Of a stretch of DNA of 64,000 bases, positions 1 through 10,470 are shown in pieces (the stretch's first letter is position 1; every line of letters starts with the position of its first letter). The stretch is from the NCBI GenBank assembly GCA_937124545.1, contig CAKZKU010000116.1:21336-85335 (forward strand), written 5' to 3'. The translations under genes were made by a program, and so were the position numbers. The notes beneath the pieces are model-generated. The model saw only the letters and a program-made list of their open reading frames with translations, ran no database searches and had not been told where the DNA came from. Origin of the DNA: an uncultured Microbacteriaceae bacterium. Lineage in GTDB: Bacteria; Actinomycetota; Actinomycetes; Actinomycetales; Microbacteriaceae.

Positions 1-1239
1 ATCTTTTGCCCCGTTTGCCACGTACCACTGGCGGGTGGTGATGATCTCTAGTGGCTTATCGCCCTTCTCGAAAAACTTCACCGGGTGTGTCATCTTCTCG
101 GGCTCACCGAGCAGGTCACCGCTGTTCTCGAGCATCTCCACCATTGCCGCCTTGGCGCTAAATACTGTCTTGCCGCTGAGGGCGGCGAATGCCTCGCTCG
201 CCTGAGGAGTGGTTAGCCAGGCCGGAGTGTCGCGAACGATGCGCCCGTCTGCGCCCAGGATGGGTCGGGTCTCTAGCTCCAGTTCTCGCCACCAAATGAC
301 GTCCGTGACATCGCCGAACGTGCAGACCATCGCAATTCCCGTGCCTTTGTCTTTCTGGGCAAGATGGTGGGCTCGAATTGGCACTTCCACGCCGAACAGA
401 GGTGAGGTGACCGTTGTGCCGAAGAGACCCTGGTACCTCTCATCCTCGGGGTGTGCGACGAGCGCCACGCACGCTGCGATCAGTTCAGGGCGGGTGGTGA
501 CGATCACCACATCTTCGCCCCCGCTCGCTGAAGCGAAAGAAACCCGATGGTAGGCGGAGGGCTGTTCGCGGTCTTCTAGCTCCGCCTGCGCTACAGCGGT
601 GCGGAAGGTGATGTCCCACAGGGTTGGGGCGTCTGCGCGGTATGCCTCACCTCGTGCGTAGTTGCGCAAGAAAGCTTTCTGCGCGACGCGCTGTGAGTTG
701 TCGTCAATGGTGCGGTAGGTCAATGACCAGTCGACGCTGAGCCCCAGTGATCGCCACAGGTCCTCGAACTGCTTTTCGTCCTCCAGGGTGAGTTCTTCGC
801 ACAGCTCAATAAAGTTGCGGCGACTAATCGGCACTTGGTCCCCGGGCTTCGAGCCGTCGCGTGTTAGGCCTCCCTCAAGGGGTGGAGTGAAATCTTCGGT
901 GTAAGGGAGCGAAGGGTCGCAGCGCACTCCGTAGTAGTTCTGGACCCTACGCTCGGTCGGCAGGCCATTGTCATCCCACCCCATCGGGTAAAAAATGTCT
1001 TTACCGCGCATGCGCTGGTAGCGCGCTTGCAAGTCCATATGTGTGTAACTGAACACGTGGCCGATGTGGAGGCTCCCCGAGGCGGTCGGGGGAGGGGTAT
1101 CAACGGAAAAGATGTGGTCTTTGCCGCGAGAGATCGCGCCGTGTCGATCAAAGCGATAGGTGCCCTGCTCTTCCCACCGGGCCCCCCAGGTGTGCTCGAG
1201 ACCTTCAAGAACGGGTTTCTCTGGAATGCTCCGCGACAT
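1..1239 (-). CDS. valS: Valine--tRNA ligase (type 2), 5' part; truncated by window edge
   Basis: Not in the ORF track. Manual translation from ATG at 1239: MSRSIPEKPVLEGLEHTWGARWEEQGTYRFD...DTPPPTASGSLHIGHVFSYTHMD (HIGH motif), then YPMGWDDNGLPTERRVQNYYGV. SD-like GAAGAAGG upstream. Confidence 0.96.
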   Translation of the reverse strand, partial: MSRSIPEKPVLEGLEHTWGARWEEQGTYRFDRHGAISRGKDHIFSVDTPPPTASGSLHIGHVFSYTHMDLQARYQRMRGKDIFYPMGWDDNGLPTERRVQNYYGVRCDPSLPYTEDFTPPLEGGLTRDGSKPGDQVPISRRNFIELCEELTLEDEKQFEDLWRSLGLSVDWSLTYRTIDDNSQRVAQKAFLRNYARGEAYRADAPTLWDITFRTAVAQAELEDREQPSAYHRVSFASASGGEDVVIVTTRPELIAACVALVAHPEDERYQGLFGTTVTSPLFGVEVPIRAHHLAQKDKGTGIAMVCTFGDVTDVIWWRELELETRPILGADGRIVRDTPAWLTTPQASEAFAALSGKTVFSAKAAMVEMLENSGDLLGEPEKMTHPVKFFEKGDKPLEIITTRQWYVANGAKD

Positions 1240-1339
1240 GCTCGAACACCTTCTTCGCTATAGGCGGCACCGTGTCCAGGGTGCCTCAGTGTGTAGTGAC
1301 CATCGTACAAACAAAGCCACGCGCTGGTGGTCGGCTGGG

Positions 1340-1942
1340 CTAGTCAGCGTTTGCGCGAAACCCTTTCACGACGGGGTCGATTGCCGCGATCATGTACGCC
1401 TGCAGGCCCTGGCGCGACGTTCCCGCCTCTGCCCACTCGCGGGCTGCGGACACGGAGGCGGCTAAGCATGCGTAGGCGGCGGCTCGCGCCGCAGCAAGGG
1501 GCATGTTGTGGGATTCAAGGAATTCCGTCATGAGTGTTGCCATAGCGCCAAATCGCCCGAGGGCGGATGCTTGAAGGTCACTGGTGCTGCCGAGCAGTTC
1601 GCCTTGGGTGAGGGCAAACGGCACCCGATCGGCGCCCATCTGAGATGCCACCTCCAGAAGCGATGTTCGGAGCTCCTGCAGACCGTCCGAAGCGTGTCTC
1701 TCTGTGCTTCCCTGCTGGAGGGTCTTAGCCAGGAGCTCCAGCGCTTCGTCCAATTCCACCCAGAACACGTCACTCTTCGTGGGGAAGTAGTTGAAGAATG
1801 TCGCGCGGCTCACCCCCGCACGCTGGGCAATTTGGTCAACGGTGGTTTTGGGGTAAGAGTTTTCCAAGAACAGCTCGAAGGCCGCATCCTGCAGTATTTC
1901 GCGCGAGGATGTCGGGGGTCGACCGCGGTGAATAAGCGTCAT
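1340..1942 (-). CDS. TetR/AcrR-family regulator (MftR-like)
   Basis: N-terminal HTH: GRPP..AAFELFLENSYPKTTVDQIAQRAGVSRATFFNYFPTK; divergent from the ABC operon. Confidence 0.9.
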   Translation of the reverse strand: MTLIHRGRPPTSSREILQDAAFELFLENSYPKTTVDQIAQRAGVSRATFFNYFPTKSDVFWVELDEALELLAKTLQQGSTERHASDGLQELRTSLLEVASQMGADRVPFALTQGELLGSTSDLQASALGRFGAMATLMTEFLESHNMPLAAARAAAYACLAASVSAAREWAEAGTSRQGLQAYMIAAIDPVVKGFRANAD

Positions 1943-1965
1943 CGCTCGGCCTTTCGTGGAATTCT

Positions 1966-1978
1966 TATACTCAGTCTA
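1966..1978. promoter_or_regulatory. Candidate TetR operator (imperfect palindrome TATACT-C-AGTCTA)
   Basis: Dyad in the 85-bp spacer between divergent tetR and the ABC operon. Confidence 0.4.
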
Positions 1979-2027
1979 GTTAATGTACGCTGGGCTTGTT
2001 CATTGCCCGGCTTTAGAAAGAGATGCC

Positions 2028-3662
2028 ATGTCCCAGCGCACAGCGCTTCGCACCATAACGTCCCTCACAGCAGGCCTTGCGCTGGTCGCAACCTTGGGGG
2101 CATGCGCGGTGGAAGAGGATTCTGCCCCGACGAGCATCACCTTTGCGATCGAGGGTGCAAACCTGAGTTCGGGACACATGGATATTCACTCAAGCCAATT
2201 GGATGTGGCCTCGTTGGTCCTACGAAACGCGTTTGATTCGCTCGTGGCCCAGGACGAATCGGGGGCTTTTGTGCCCTGGCTTGCGACCTCGTGGGAGATT
2301 TCTGAGGATGAGCTGACCTACACATTCCAACTGCGGGAGGACGTTACCTTCCACGACGGAGAGCCGTTCAACGCCGAGGCCGTGAAGGCAAACTTTGACC
2401 ACGTGGTCGCTCCGGAAACAGCGTCCGCCCAGGCGGCAAGTTTGATTGGGTACGCCGCAGAGGGTGGCTACTACGCGGGCACCGAGGTTCTCGGCGAATA
2501 TGAAGTAGCGGTATCGTTCACCCAGCCCTATGCTCCCTTCCTGCAGGGACTCAGCCTCGCACAACTGGGCTTTTACTCGCCGCTGGTTCTCTCCGAAAGC
2601 GCAGACCAGCTGAAAGCTGGTGGCCCCGGCGTCACGGTCGGGACCGGCCCGTTCATTCTCACCGAATACACGCCGGACCAGGAGCTCGTTTTTCAAGCAA
2701 ACCCGGACTACAACTGGGCACCGGCGGGTGCCGACCACAGTGGTGTTGCAGCTTCCGACACCCTGGTGATTCGGATTCTGCCGGAGAGCGCGTCACGTGT
2801 GGGAGCAATCAATAGTGGCGATGCGGACGTGGCGGCGGACTTTACCCCCGACATGGCAGCGCAGGTGTCGGCAGGAATTGAGACGTACTCGATCGAAATG
2901 CCCGGGGTTCCCTACTCGCTCTACATCAACGAGGCCAATGGTGTCTTCGCAGACGACCGAGTTCGCGAGGCCTTCAGCATCGGCTTTGATGCGGAACCTG
3001 CGATCGAAAGTATTTACCTCGGTCAGTTCAGTCGCGCGTGGAGCATTCTCGGTCCGACAACACCAAATTCTTATGACCCCTCTCTGGAAAACTCATGGCC
3101 CTACGATCAGGACCGTGCCAACCAGTTGCTCGATAGCGCTGGGTGGACAGGTCGCGACGACGAGGGCTATCGCACCAAGAACGGCGAGCGCCTCAGCGCT
3201 CGATGGATTGCCTACACACCGGTGCCGGATGACCGGGCTAGCCTCGCCAACTTCATTCAGTCCGACCTGAAAGACATCGGTTTTGAGCTGGTCCGAGAGG
3301 TTCTCGAGCCGGCCCAGTACATGGAGTTTTACGGGCCCCGAGACTTTGATGTCACGGACTGGGCCTTCTCAGGGCCCGATGCTGATGTATTGCGCAGTCA
3401 CCTTCAGACGGGCGGATATCAGACCGTATCAACGGTGACGAAACCCGAAGTGGATCAGTGGTTGAGTGACGCGGTCGCCACCAGCAGTCCCGCAGCTAGG
3501 CAATCGCTCTACGAGCGCATTCAGCGCTGGAACGCTGCGGAAAACCTTATCGTTCCGCTCTACGTTCCCTCAGAAATCACGGTGGCCAGTGAAGCGGTCA
3601 GTGGTTTGGAGTTTGACCTTTACGGTCGAGCACTCTTTTACGGCGTAACGCTGAGCGAGTGA
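2028..3662 (+). CDS. ABC transporter substrate-binding lipoprotein (family 5, Opp/Dpp/Nik)
   Basis: Lipobox LGAC; WLATSWEISEDELTYTFQLREDVTFHDG and GTGPF motifs. Start moved to ATG 2028 after GAAAGAGA. Confidence 0.92.
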   Translation: MSQRTALRTITSLTAGLALVATLGACAVEEDSAPTSITFAIEGANLSSGHMDIHSSQLDVASLVLRNAFDSLVAQDESGAFVPWLATSWEISEDELTYTFQLREDVTFHDGEPFNAEAVKANFDHVVAPETASAQAASLIGYAAEGGYYAGTEVLGEYEVAVSFTQPYAPFLQGLSLAQLGFYSPLVLSESADQLKAGGPGVTVGTGPFILTEYTPDQELVFQANPDYNWAPAGADHSGVAASDTLVIRILPESASRVGAINSGDADVAADFTPDMAAQVSAGIETYSIEMPGVPYSLYINEANGVFADDRVREAFSIGFDAEPAIESIYLGQFSRAWSILGPTTPNSYDPSLENSWPYDQDRANQLLDSAGWTGRDDEGYRTKNGERLSARWIAYTPVPDDRASLANFIQSDLKDIGFELVREVLEPAQYMEFYGPRDFDVTDWAFSGPDADVLRSHLQTGGYQTVSTVTKPEVDQWLSDAVATSSPAARQSLYERIQRWNAAENLIVPLYVPSEITVASEAVSGLEFDLYGRALFYGVTLSE

Positions 3663-4639
3663 CCCTCCAGGGCCAGGCCACTGCCCTAGCTTCGCGCCCC
3701 CGCGCGAGCCTGGCGGCAGCGGCTCGCGCCGTGTTTCGGGTTGTGGCGGTGGTCTGGGGTGCCGCCACGGCGGGTTTTGTGGCCTTGCGTCTGATTCCCG
3801 GTGATCCGGTAGATGTGATGTTGGGCGTTCAGGCGCGAGTCTCGGAGAGCGTACGCGCAGAGATTCGGGCCGAATGGGGCCTTGATAACCCACCCGTCAT
3901 TCAGTACTTCCAATATCTTGGCCGGCTTGTCACCGGTGATCTGGGCACGTCGTACCAACTGAGATCGCCCGTGTCCGAGATCATTGCAGATCAGGCCGCT
4001 CCGACGGCGCAGTTGACCGCGGCCGCGCTGGTGGTCGCTCTCCTCCTGGCCCTCTCGGCGGCGCTATTGGGTCGAGGGCGCAGGGCAAGCCGAGTTATTT
4101 CGCTTCTCGAGCTGGTCGTGATTTCGTCGCCAACATTCTGGGTGGGTCTCCTTTTGCTGGCTGTCTTTTCCTTCCAGCTGGGATGGTTTCCGGTGACCGC
4201 AAGTGCCGGTTTTTCTGCGTTGGTGTTGCCGGCAGTCACCCTCGCGTTGCCGGTCGCAGGAATCCTAAGTCAGGTGCTGCGCCAGGGGCTTGATCACGCG
4301 GAGAGACAACCCTTCGCGCTTACCGCTAGGGCACGCGGCATCACCCCGGCGGGTTTGGTGAGACGACACACCCTGCGTCACGCTGCCATCGACACGGTCA
4401 CACTAGGCGGGTATCTCGTGGGGTCGCTTCTGGGAGGAGCGGTGCTGGTCGAAACCGTCTTTGCACGGCCTGGCCTCGGGCAGGTCGCAATCCGGGCAAT
4501 TATCGGTCGCGATCTCCCGGTGGTGTTGGGGGTGGTCGTTGTTGCAGCAGTGGTTTTCGCGTTGTTGAGTGTGATTGTTGATGCCAGTTATCGGGCGCTT
4601 GATCCTCGATTGCGTTTTGCTCGGCGGGCACTCTCATGA
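3659..4639 (+). CDS. ABC transporter permease (DppB/OppB-like)
   Basis: PGDP, GDLGTSY, TARARG, LLGGAVLVETVFARPGLG motifs; 4-nt overlap with the upstream gene. Confidence 0.92.
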   Translation: MTLQGQATALASRPRASLAAAARAVFRVVAVVWGAATAGFVALRLIPGDPVDVMLGVQARVSESVRAEIRAEWGLDNPPVIQYFQYLGRLVTGDLGTSYQLRSPVSEIIADQAAPTAQLTAAALVVALLLALSAALLGRGRRASRVISLLELVVISSPTFWVGLLLLAVFSFQLGWFPVTASAGFSALVLPAVTLALPVAGILSQVLRQGLDHAERQPFALTARARGITPAGLVRRHTLRHAAIDTVTLGGYLVGSLLGGAVLVETVFARPGLGQVAIRAIIGRDLPVVLGVVVVAAVVFALLSVIVDASYRALDPRLRFARRALS

Positions 4640-5490
4640 GCCTGATCGGTGGAGTAGTCAAAAGCTCTACGCAGCGGTCCGGTTCGAGGAAACCACCGGG
4701 GGGAGTCGTGGCGGCCGGGTTTGTTCTTCTTGCCCTTGCGGTGGTGGCGCTTTGGCCATCGCTGGTGGCGAGCTATAGCCCTCTGGAGACAGACGCCTCG
4801 TCCACTCTCCAACCGCCGAGTGCCGAGCATATTTTTGGTACCGATCAGTCCGGGCGCGATGTGTTCTCCAGGGTTGTTCACGGCGCGCAGTATTCCCTAG
4901 CTATCGGACTGGGAGCTACCGGGGTTGCCCTTGGACTAGGGCTGTTGCTGGGGGTATCTGCGGCCCTGGGCTCGCGCATCGTTGACGGAATACTGTCGCG
5001 CTTCATCGATGTGCTGATGGCGTTTCCCGAATTCCTGCTCGCACTCGTGGTCATTGCGGTGATGGGACCGGGTGAGAGCAGTATCCCGCTGGCGGTCGCG
5101 ATAGCGGCAACACCCGCCTACGCCCGAGTGGCACGAGCGGAAACGCTCGTGGTGGCCCATGCTGGCTATGTACGCGCTAGCGCATCACTTGGGGTCTCAC
5201 GAGCGCGAATCATCCTCTTTCACATCATCCCCAACATCTCGGGACCCCTTCTGGTGATGGCAACCATCGGAGTGGGGACGGCAATCGTAACGGCAGCGGG
5301 CCTCAGCTTCCTAGGCCTGGGGGCCCAACCCCCCACGCCGGAATGGGGCATCATTCTCTCCGAGGGGCGTAATTTCTTGGCCACAGCCTGGTGGATTGCG
5401 GTATTTCCGGGTCTTGCTATCACCACCTCGGTGGTGTCCATCAGCGTGGTGGGTCGCTACTTTCGAACACGGCGAGAGGTAGTGCTGTGA
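4636..5490 (+). CDS. ABC transporter permease (DppC/OppC-like)
   Basis: HIFGTDQSGRDVFSR and LSFLGLGAQPPTPEWG motifs. Confidence 0.92.
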   Translation: MSLIGGVVKSSTQRSGSRKPPGGVVAAGFVLLALAVVALWPSLVASYSPLETDASSTLQPPSAEHIFGTDQSGRDVFSRVVHGAQYSLAIGLGATGVALGLGLLLGVSAALGSRIVDGILSRFIDVLMAFPEFLLALVVIAVMGPGESSIPLAVAIAATPAYARVARAETLVVAHAGYVRASASLGVSRARIILFHIIPNISGPLLVMATIGVGTAIVTAAGLSFLGLGAQPPTPEWGIILSEGRNFLATAWWIAVFPGLAITTSVVSISVVGRYFRTRREVVL

Positions 5491-7076
5491 GTGACCAGTC
5501 GCTTGTGGAGGTTCGTGATCTCACGGTCTCGTTTCCTGGATCCCGGGATCCCGCGGTGTCGGGTGTGTCTTTTGACCTGCAGGCGGGCGAGTGTCTTGCG
5601 CTGATTGGCGAATCGGGCTCCGGTAAAACTCTGACCGCTCTGTCACTCCTGGGGCTCGCGCCGCAGGATGCCGTGGTGGATGTGGCGAGCATGATCATTG
5701 CGGGTGAGCAGACAAAAAACTATCGACCTGCCCAGTGGCGGGCACTTCGCGGCAACACAGTCGCCTTGGTTAGCCAAGACGCGGCGGTTTCGCTCGACCC
5801 GCTCCGTCGTGTGGAACACGAGGTGGGCGAAGCAGTGTCCCTGGCCCAGCCCACCCTCAGGGCCGACGAGATTGCAGGGCGGGTCGATCAGGCCCTCGCC
5901 CTTGCCGCAATGCCAGATGCGACAGAGCGCAAGAAGCAGTACCCCCATGAGCTCTCCGGTGGTTTGCGACAGCGTGCGCTCATCGCTTCGGCCCTTGCCG
6001 GAGCCCCGCGCATTCTGATCGCTGACGAGCCGACGACTGCCCTGGACTCCCTCACGCAAGAGCGCATTCTGGCCTTGCTAGCAACGCTCAAGCAGGCAGG
6101 TACAGCGCTGCTGCTGGTCACCCATGATGTGGGAGTCGTGAGGAACCTCGCGGACCGCATTGCTGTGATGAGAGACGGGCGCATCATCGAGTCTGGGAAG
6201 GCAGAAAAAATTTTTACGGCACCCCAGCAGCCCTACACCCAACGCATGGTCGCCGCCCGAAATGCGATGGCGCGCCCATCATCTCTGTCACCCGGGTCGT
6301 CGGGCTCCGTGCTTGAGTGCCGGGGGCTCACCCGCATCTATCCAGCGAAGGACGGCTCCCCCGTTCAGGCGTTGAGCCAAGTTTCATGCCTCGTCACTGC
6401 GGGACAAACCCTGGGTATCGTGGGGGAGTCTGGCTCTGGCAAAAGCACGCTGGCTCGCATCATGATGGGTCTCGAAGCCCCAGATCAGGGCGATGTTCTG
6501 TTGATGGGTGAGCCCTGGTCTGCTCTCCCAGAGAAAGTACGCAGAGCTCGCCGCGGCAGAATTCAACTGATCGAACAGAACCCGTGGGATGCTCTCGATC
6601 CTCGGTGGAGCGTCCGTCGCATACTGAGCGAAGCGATTGCGCTTGAGCCCGCGCCTGGTGGTCGATCAGCGCGTGCGGCCCGGTCTCGTGAGCTGTTGGA
6701 GCAGGTGGGACTTCCGGAAGAGTTGCTCGACCGCCGGGCCCACCAGCTCTCTGGTGGGCAACGTCAACGGGTCGTCATCGCGCGAGCCCTCGCAAGACAT
6801 CCTGACATCCTGATTTGTGACGAGCCCGTCTCGGCCTTGGATGCACCCATTCAAGCCCGCGTATTGGAACTCCTTGCCACACTCCAAGCCCGCTTGGGAA
6901 TGGCGATTGTCTTGGTCTCTCATGACCTGGGTGTTGTTGCCCGCTATTGCCATGACGTGATGGTGATGAGGGACGGAGCGGTTATTGAGTCTGGACCAAC
7001 CCAAAAGATCGTGAAGAACCCTGGAGAGCCCTTCACCAGAGAACTTCTCAGGGCGAGTGCTGTCGACCTGGCCTAG
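5487..7076 (+). CDS. ABC transporter ATP-binding protein (fused DppD/DppF)
   Basis: Two Walker A motifs (GESGSGKT, GESGSGKS) and two LSGG signatures; start GTG 5487 overlaps the upstream stop. Confidence 0.93.
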   Translation: MSDQSLVEVRDLTVSFPGSRDPAVSGVSFDLQAGECLALIGESGSGKTLTALSLLGLAPQDAVVDVASMIIAGEQTKNYRPAQWRALRGNTVALVSQDAAVSLDPLRRVEHEVGEAVSLAQPTLRADEIAGRVDQALALAAMPDATERKKQYPHELSGGLRQRALIASALAGAPRILIADEPTTALDSLTQERILALLATLKQAGTALLLVTHDVGVVRNLADRIAVMRDGRIIESGKAEKIFTAPQQPYTQRMVAARNAMARPSSLSPGSSGSVLECRGLTRIYPAKDGSPVQALSQVSCLVTAGQTLGIVGESGSGKSTLARIMMGLEAPDQGDVLLMGEPWSALPEKVRRARRGRIQLIEQNPWDALDPRWSVRRILSEAIALEPAPGGRSARAARSRELLEQVGLPEELLDRRAHQLSGGQRQRVVIARALARHPDILICDEPVSALDAPIQARVLELLATLQARLGMAIVLVSHDLGVVARYCHDVMVMRDGAVIESGPTQKIVKNPGEPFTRELLRASAVDLA

Positions 7077-7079
7077 AAT
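7074..7079 (+). promoter_or_regulatory. -10 box TAGAAT for the ileS leader
   Basis: Near-consensus hexamer overlapping the TAG stop of the ATPase, just before the T-box. Confidence 0.6.
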
Positions 7080-7085
7080 AAAACA

Positions 7086-7275
7086 AAGCTGTGAATCGGC
7101 CATCACCGAGGAGCTGCCGGAAGAAAAGACCGTGAGGTTTTAGTAGAACCGGTCGGGTAGGCCCGTTAGCGCCTGAGAAAAGAGGTCACCACGTTGTGGT
7201 GGCAAGCGGGGTGGTACCGCGACCGGTCAGCCGGGCGTCCCTGCAGACCACAACCCTTTGTCTCAGGAGCACCCC
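7086..7275 (+). ncRNA. Translational T-box riboswitch (actinobacterial ileS type, ultrashort stem I)
   Basis: Ile specifier ATC in GGCCATCACC (7102-7104); AGTAGAAC stem II element; T-box AAGCGGGGTGGTACCGCG (7204-7221) pairing with CGTCCCTGC (7236-7244); SD AGGAG at 7265; no poly-U terminator. Confidence 0.9.
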
Positions 7276-10200
7276 ATGGCTTTCCCCCGTCACCGCCCCG
7301 CCTCGCCCGTGCCGTCGAATCCGTCCTTTCCGGATATCGAAAAGGATGTGCTGGCGAGCTGGAACGCGGGTAACACTTTCGCTAAGTCGGTCGAGGCTCG
7401 TGAGGGTAACGACGAGTGGGTGTTCTATGACGGGCCACCCTTTGCCAACGGATTACCCCACTACGGGCACCTCCTGACCGGGTACGCCAAAGACGTTTTC
7501 CCCCGTTTCCACACTATGCGGGGAAAACAAGTTCACCGTCGCTTTGGTTGGGACACCCACGGACTGCCGGCCGAGCTGGAGGCCGAGAGGCAGCTGGGCA
7601 TCACGGATAAGAGTCAGATCGAAGAAATGGGTATTGCCGCCTTCAACCAGGCTGCGCGCGAGTCGGTGTTGAAGTACACCGACGAGTGGCAGGCCTATGT
7701 CACCCGCCAAGCACGCTGGGTGGACTTCGAGAACGACTACAAAACCCTTGACATCACGTTCATGGAGAGCGTGCTCTGGGCCTTTTCGACCCTGTACAAC
7801 AAAGGGTTGGCCTACGAGGGCTATCGGGTGTTGCCCTACTGCTGGCGGGATCAAACACCGCTGAGCAACCACGAACTGAGAATGGATGATGACGTCTACA
7901 AACCGCGACAGGATCAGTCCGTCACGGTGACGTTTCCGCTCCATGGAGAAAAAGCCGAGCAGGCCGACCTCGTCGGTGTTCTAGCGCTCGCGTGGACCAC
8001 CACACCGTGGACGTTGCCGACCAATGCAGCCCTCGCTGTAGGGCCCGAAATCTCCTATGCGGTGATTCCGGCTGGCCCCTCGAGCTCAACACCTGGGGCC
8101 CGCTATTTGATGGCCCTCGACACCATTGCGAACTATCGAAAAGAGCTGGGGTATGAAGACCCGGAGCAGGCTCAGGCGGCGGTGACCCGGGTGGTTCAGG
8201 GCTCTGATCTTGGCGGTATCCAGTACCAGCGGGTATTTGACTATTACGCCGACGACAGCTGGGGAATGGATAACGCGTGGCAGATTCTGGTGGCCGAGTA
8301 TGTCGCCACCGGCGAGGGAACCGGCATTGTTCACCAGGCTCCCGCCTACGGCGAGGATGACCAAATCACCTGCGCAGAAGCGGGTATCCCCGTGGTTATC
8401 TCGGTCGATGACGCGGGGTGCTTCCTCGATCAGGTCAGCGATGTGGCAGGGCTTCAAGTCTTTGACGCCAATAAGCCGCTGACAAAACTGTTGCGCGAAT
8501 CAGGTCGTCTGTTTGCGGAACGCTCCTATGACCACTCGTATCCTCACTGTTGGCGCTGCCGCACTCCGCTGATTTACAAAGCCGTGTCCAGCTGGTTTGT
8601 GAAGGTCACGGAAATTCGAGACCGCATGGTGGAGCTCAACCAGGACATCACCTGGGTTCCCGACAACGTGAAAGATGGGCAATTTGGCAAATGGCTGGCG
8701 AACGCGAGGGACTGGTCAATTTCGCGCAACCGCTACTGGGGTTCTCCCATCCCGGTGTGGAAGAGCGATAACCCGGAGTACCCCAGGGTGGACGTGTACG
8801 GGTCACTCGAAGAGTTAGCACGCGACTTCGGCGCAGCGCCAACAGACCTTCACCGACCCGCAATCGATGATCTTGTTCGCCCGAATCCCGATGACCCGAC
8901 GGGGAAGTCGATGATGCGCCGAATTCCCGATGTGTTGGACGTCTGGTTTGACTCTGGATCTATGCCCTTTGCTCAGGTGCACTACCCGTTTGAGAACCAA
9001 GAGTGGTTTGATACCCACAACCCCGCCGACTTCATTGTCGAATACATCGGCCAGACACGCGGCTGGTTTTACACGATGCACGTTCTCTCCACTGCTCTTT
9101 TTGACCGCCCCGCTTTTTCGAACGTGATTTCGCACGGAATCGTGCTCGGTTCAGACGGACAAAAGATGTCCAAGAGCTTGCGCAATTATCCCGACGTCTC
9201 GGAAGTCTTTGACCGGGATGGTGCCGACGCTATGCGCTGGTTCCTGATGTCAAGTTCTGTCATCCGTGGTGGCAACCTGGTGGTCACTGAGGAGGGTATC
9301 CGCGAGTCAGTGCGGCAGTTCTTGTTACCTCTTTGGAGTACCTATTACTTCCTGGGGCTTTATGTCGGTGATCACGAACCTCAGTGGCGGACCGACTCCC
9401 CGCATGTTCTCGATCGCTACATCCTGGCCAAGACTCGGGATGTGATTACCGAGACAACGGCTCACTTTGATGCCTTGGATGCTCCGCTGGCAGCGCAGAA
9501 GCTCCGCGACTTTGCTGACGTGCTGACCAACTGGTACGTGCGTAGAAGCCGAGACCGCTTCTGGGGGGGAGAAGATCTCGACGCCGTGGACACGCTCTAC
9601 ACGGTGCTGGAAACCCTGTGTCGCCTCTCTGCACCGCTTGCTCCACTGATCACGGAGGAAGTGTGGCGCGGCATCACCGGGGGCGACAGTGTTCACCTCA
9701 CCGACTGGCCCGAGCCAGAGCCCTTCCCCCAGGATGGCGGGCTGGTGGCTGCCATGGATCGGGTCCGCGATGTTGCCTCCGCCGGCCTTGCGCTGAGAAA
9801 GGCCCATTCGCGACGCGTTCGTCTGCCGCTCTCGAAGCTCACCGTAGTGAGCTCTGCCGCGAATGACCTCGTTCCCTTTGCGGACATTATCTCGGAGGAG
9901 CTCAACGTCGCCGAGGTCGCCTGTGTGGAATTGACGGACAGCGCCATCGAGAGCTTTGGTATCGCCCGCAAACTGATTCCGAATGCTCGCGCATTGGGCC
10001 CCCGAGTAGGAGGAGCAATCCAAGGGTTGATTGCCCAAGCTAAAGCGGGCGAGTGGACCCTCACCGACGGTGTCGTCATGATCGGCGAGGAGTCCCTTCT
10101 GGAGGGGGAATACACGCTCGAGCTGACATCGGCTTCAGAGGACACCGCTGTGAGCTTCCTCGATGATGGCGGGTTTGTGTTGCTGGACACGACGGTGTCT

Positions 10201-10470
10201 CCTGTTCAAGAGGCCGAAGGCCTTGCCCGGGATGCCATTCGGTGGATTCAGCAGGAGCGAAAGGCTGCGGGCCTCATGGTTTCAGACCGTATACAGCTGC
10301 GCGTCGAGGCCGATGAGTCAGCCCGAGAAGCTTTGGAGACGCATCGGGAACTCATCTGCTCGGAAACGTTAGCGACCGCATTCGACATTCAGGAGCTCGT
10401 CGGTGATGAGGACACGCTGCCCGTCGGGTCGGGTTCTCAGTTACGCGTGAGAGTGTCTCGGAATGAGTGA
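7276..10470 (+). CDS. ileS: Isoleucine--tRNA ligase (type 2)
   Basis: [25 protein letters not shown] and KMSKS motifs; ATG 7276 after AGGAG. Confidence 0.97.
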   Translation: MAFPRHRPASPVPSNPSFPDIEKDVLASWNAGNTFAKSVEAREGNDEWVFYDGPPFANGLPHYGHLLTGYAKDVFPRFHTMRGKQVHRRFGWDTHGLPAELEAERQLGITDKSQIEEMGIAAFNQAARESVLKYTDEWQAYVTRQARWVDFENDYKTLDITFMESVLWAFSTLYNKGLAYEGYRVLPYCWRDQTPLSNHELRMDDDVYKPRQDQSVTVTFPLHGEKAEQADLVGVLALAWTTTPWTLPTNAALAVGPEISYAVIPAGPSSSTPGARYLMALDTIANYRKELGYEDPEQAQAAVTRVVQGSDLGGIQYQRVFDYYADDSWGMDNAWQILVAEYVATGEGTGIVHQAPAYGEDDQITCAEAGIPVVISVDDAGCFLDQVSDVAGLQVFDANKPLTKLLRESGRLFAERSYDHSYPHCWRCRTPLIYKAVSSWFVKVTEIRDRMVELNQDITWVPDNVKDGQFGKWLANARDWSISRNRYWGSPIPVWKSDNPEYPRVDVYGSLEELARDFGAAPTDLHRPAIDDLVRPNPDDPTGKSMMRRIPDVLDVWFDSGSMPFAQVHYPFENQEWFDTHNPADFIVEYIGQTRGWFYTMHVLSTALFDRPAFSNVISHGIVLGSDGQKMSKSLRNYPDVSEVFDRDGADAMRWFLMSSSVIRGGNLVVTEEGIRESVRQFLLPLWSTYYFLGLYVGDHEPQWRTDSPHVLDRYILAKTRDVITETTAHFDALDAPLAAQKLRDFADVLTNWYVRRSRDRFWGGEDLDAVDTLYTVLETLCRLSAPLAPLITEEVWRGITGGDSVHLTDWPEPEPFPQDGGLVAAMDRVRDVASAGLALRKAHSRRVRLPLSKLTVVSSAANDLVPFADIISEELNVAEVACVELTDSAIESFGIARKLIPNARALGPRVGGAIQGLIAQAKAGEWTLTDGVVMIGEESLLEGEYTLELTSASEDTAVSFLDDGGFVLLDTTVSPVQEAEGLARDAIRWIQQERKAAGLMVSDRIQLRVEADESAREALETHRELICSETLATAFDIQELVGDEDTLPVGSGSQLRVRVSRNE

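Noticed and set aside
209..1533. Short ORFs in the track over 209-1533
   Set aside because: Shadow frames of valS (which the track missed because it runs off the edge) and tetR
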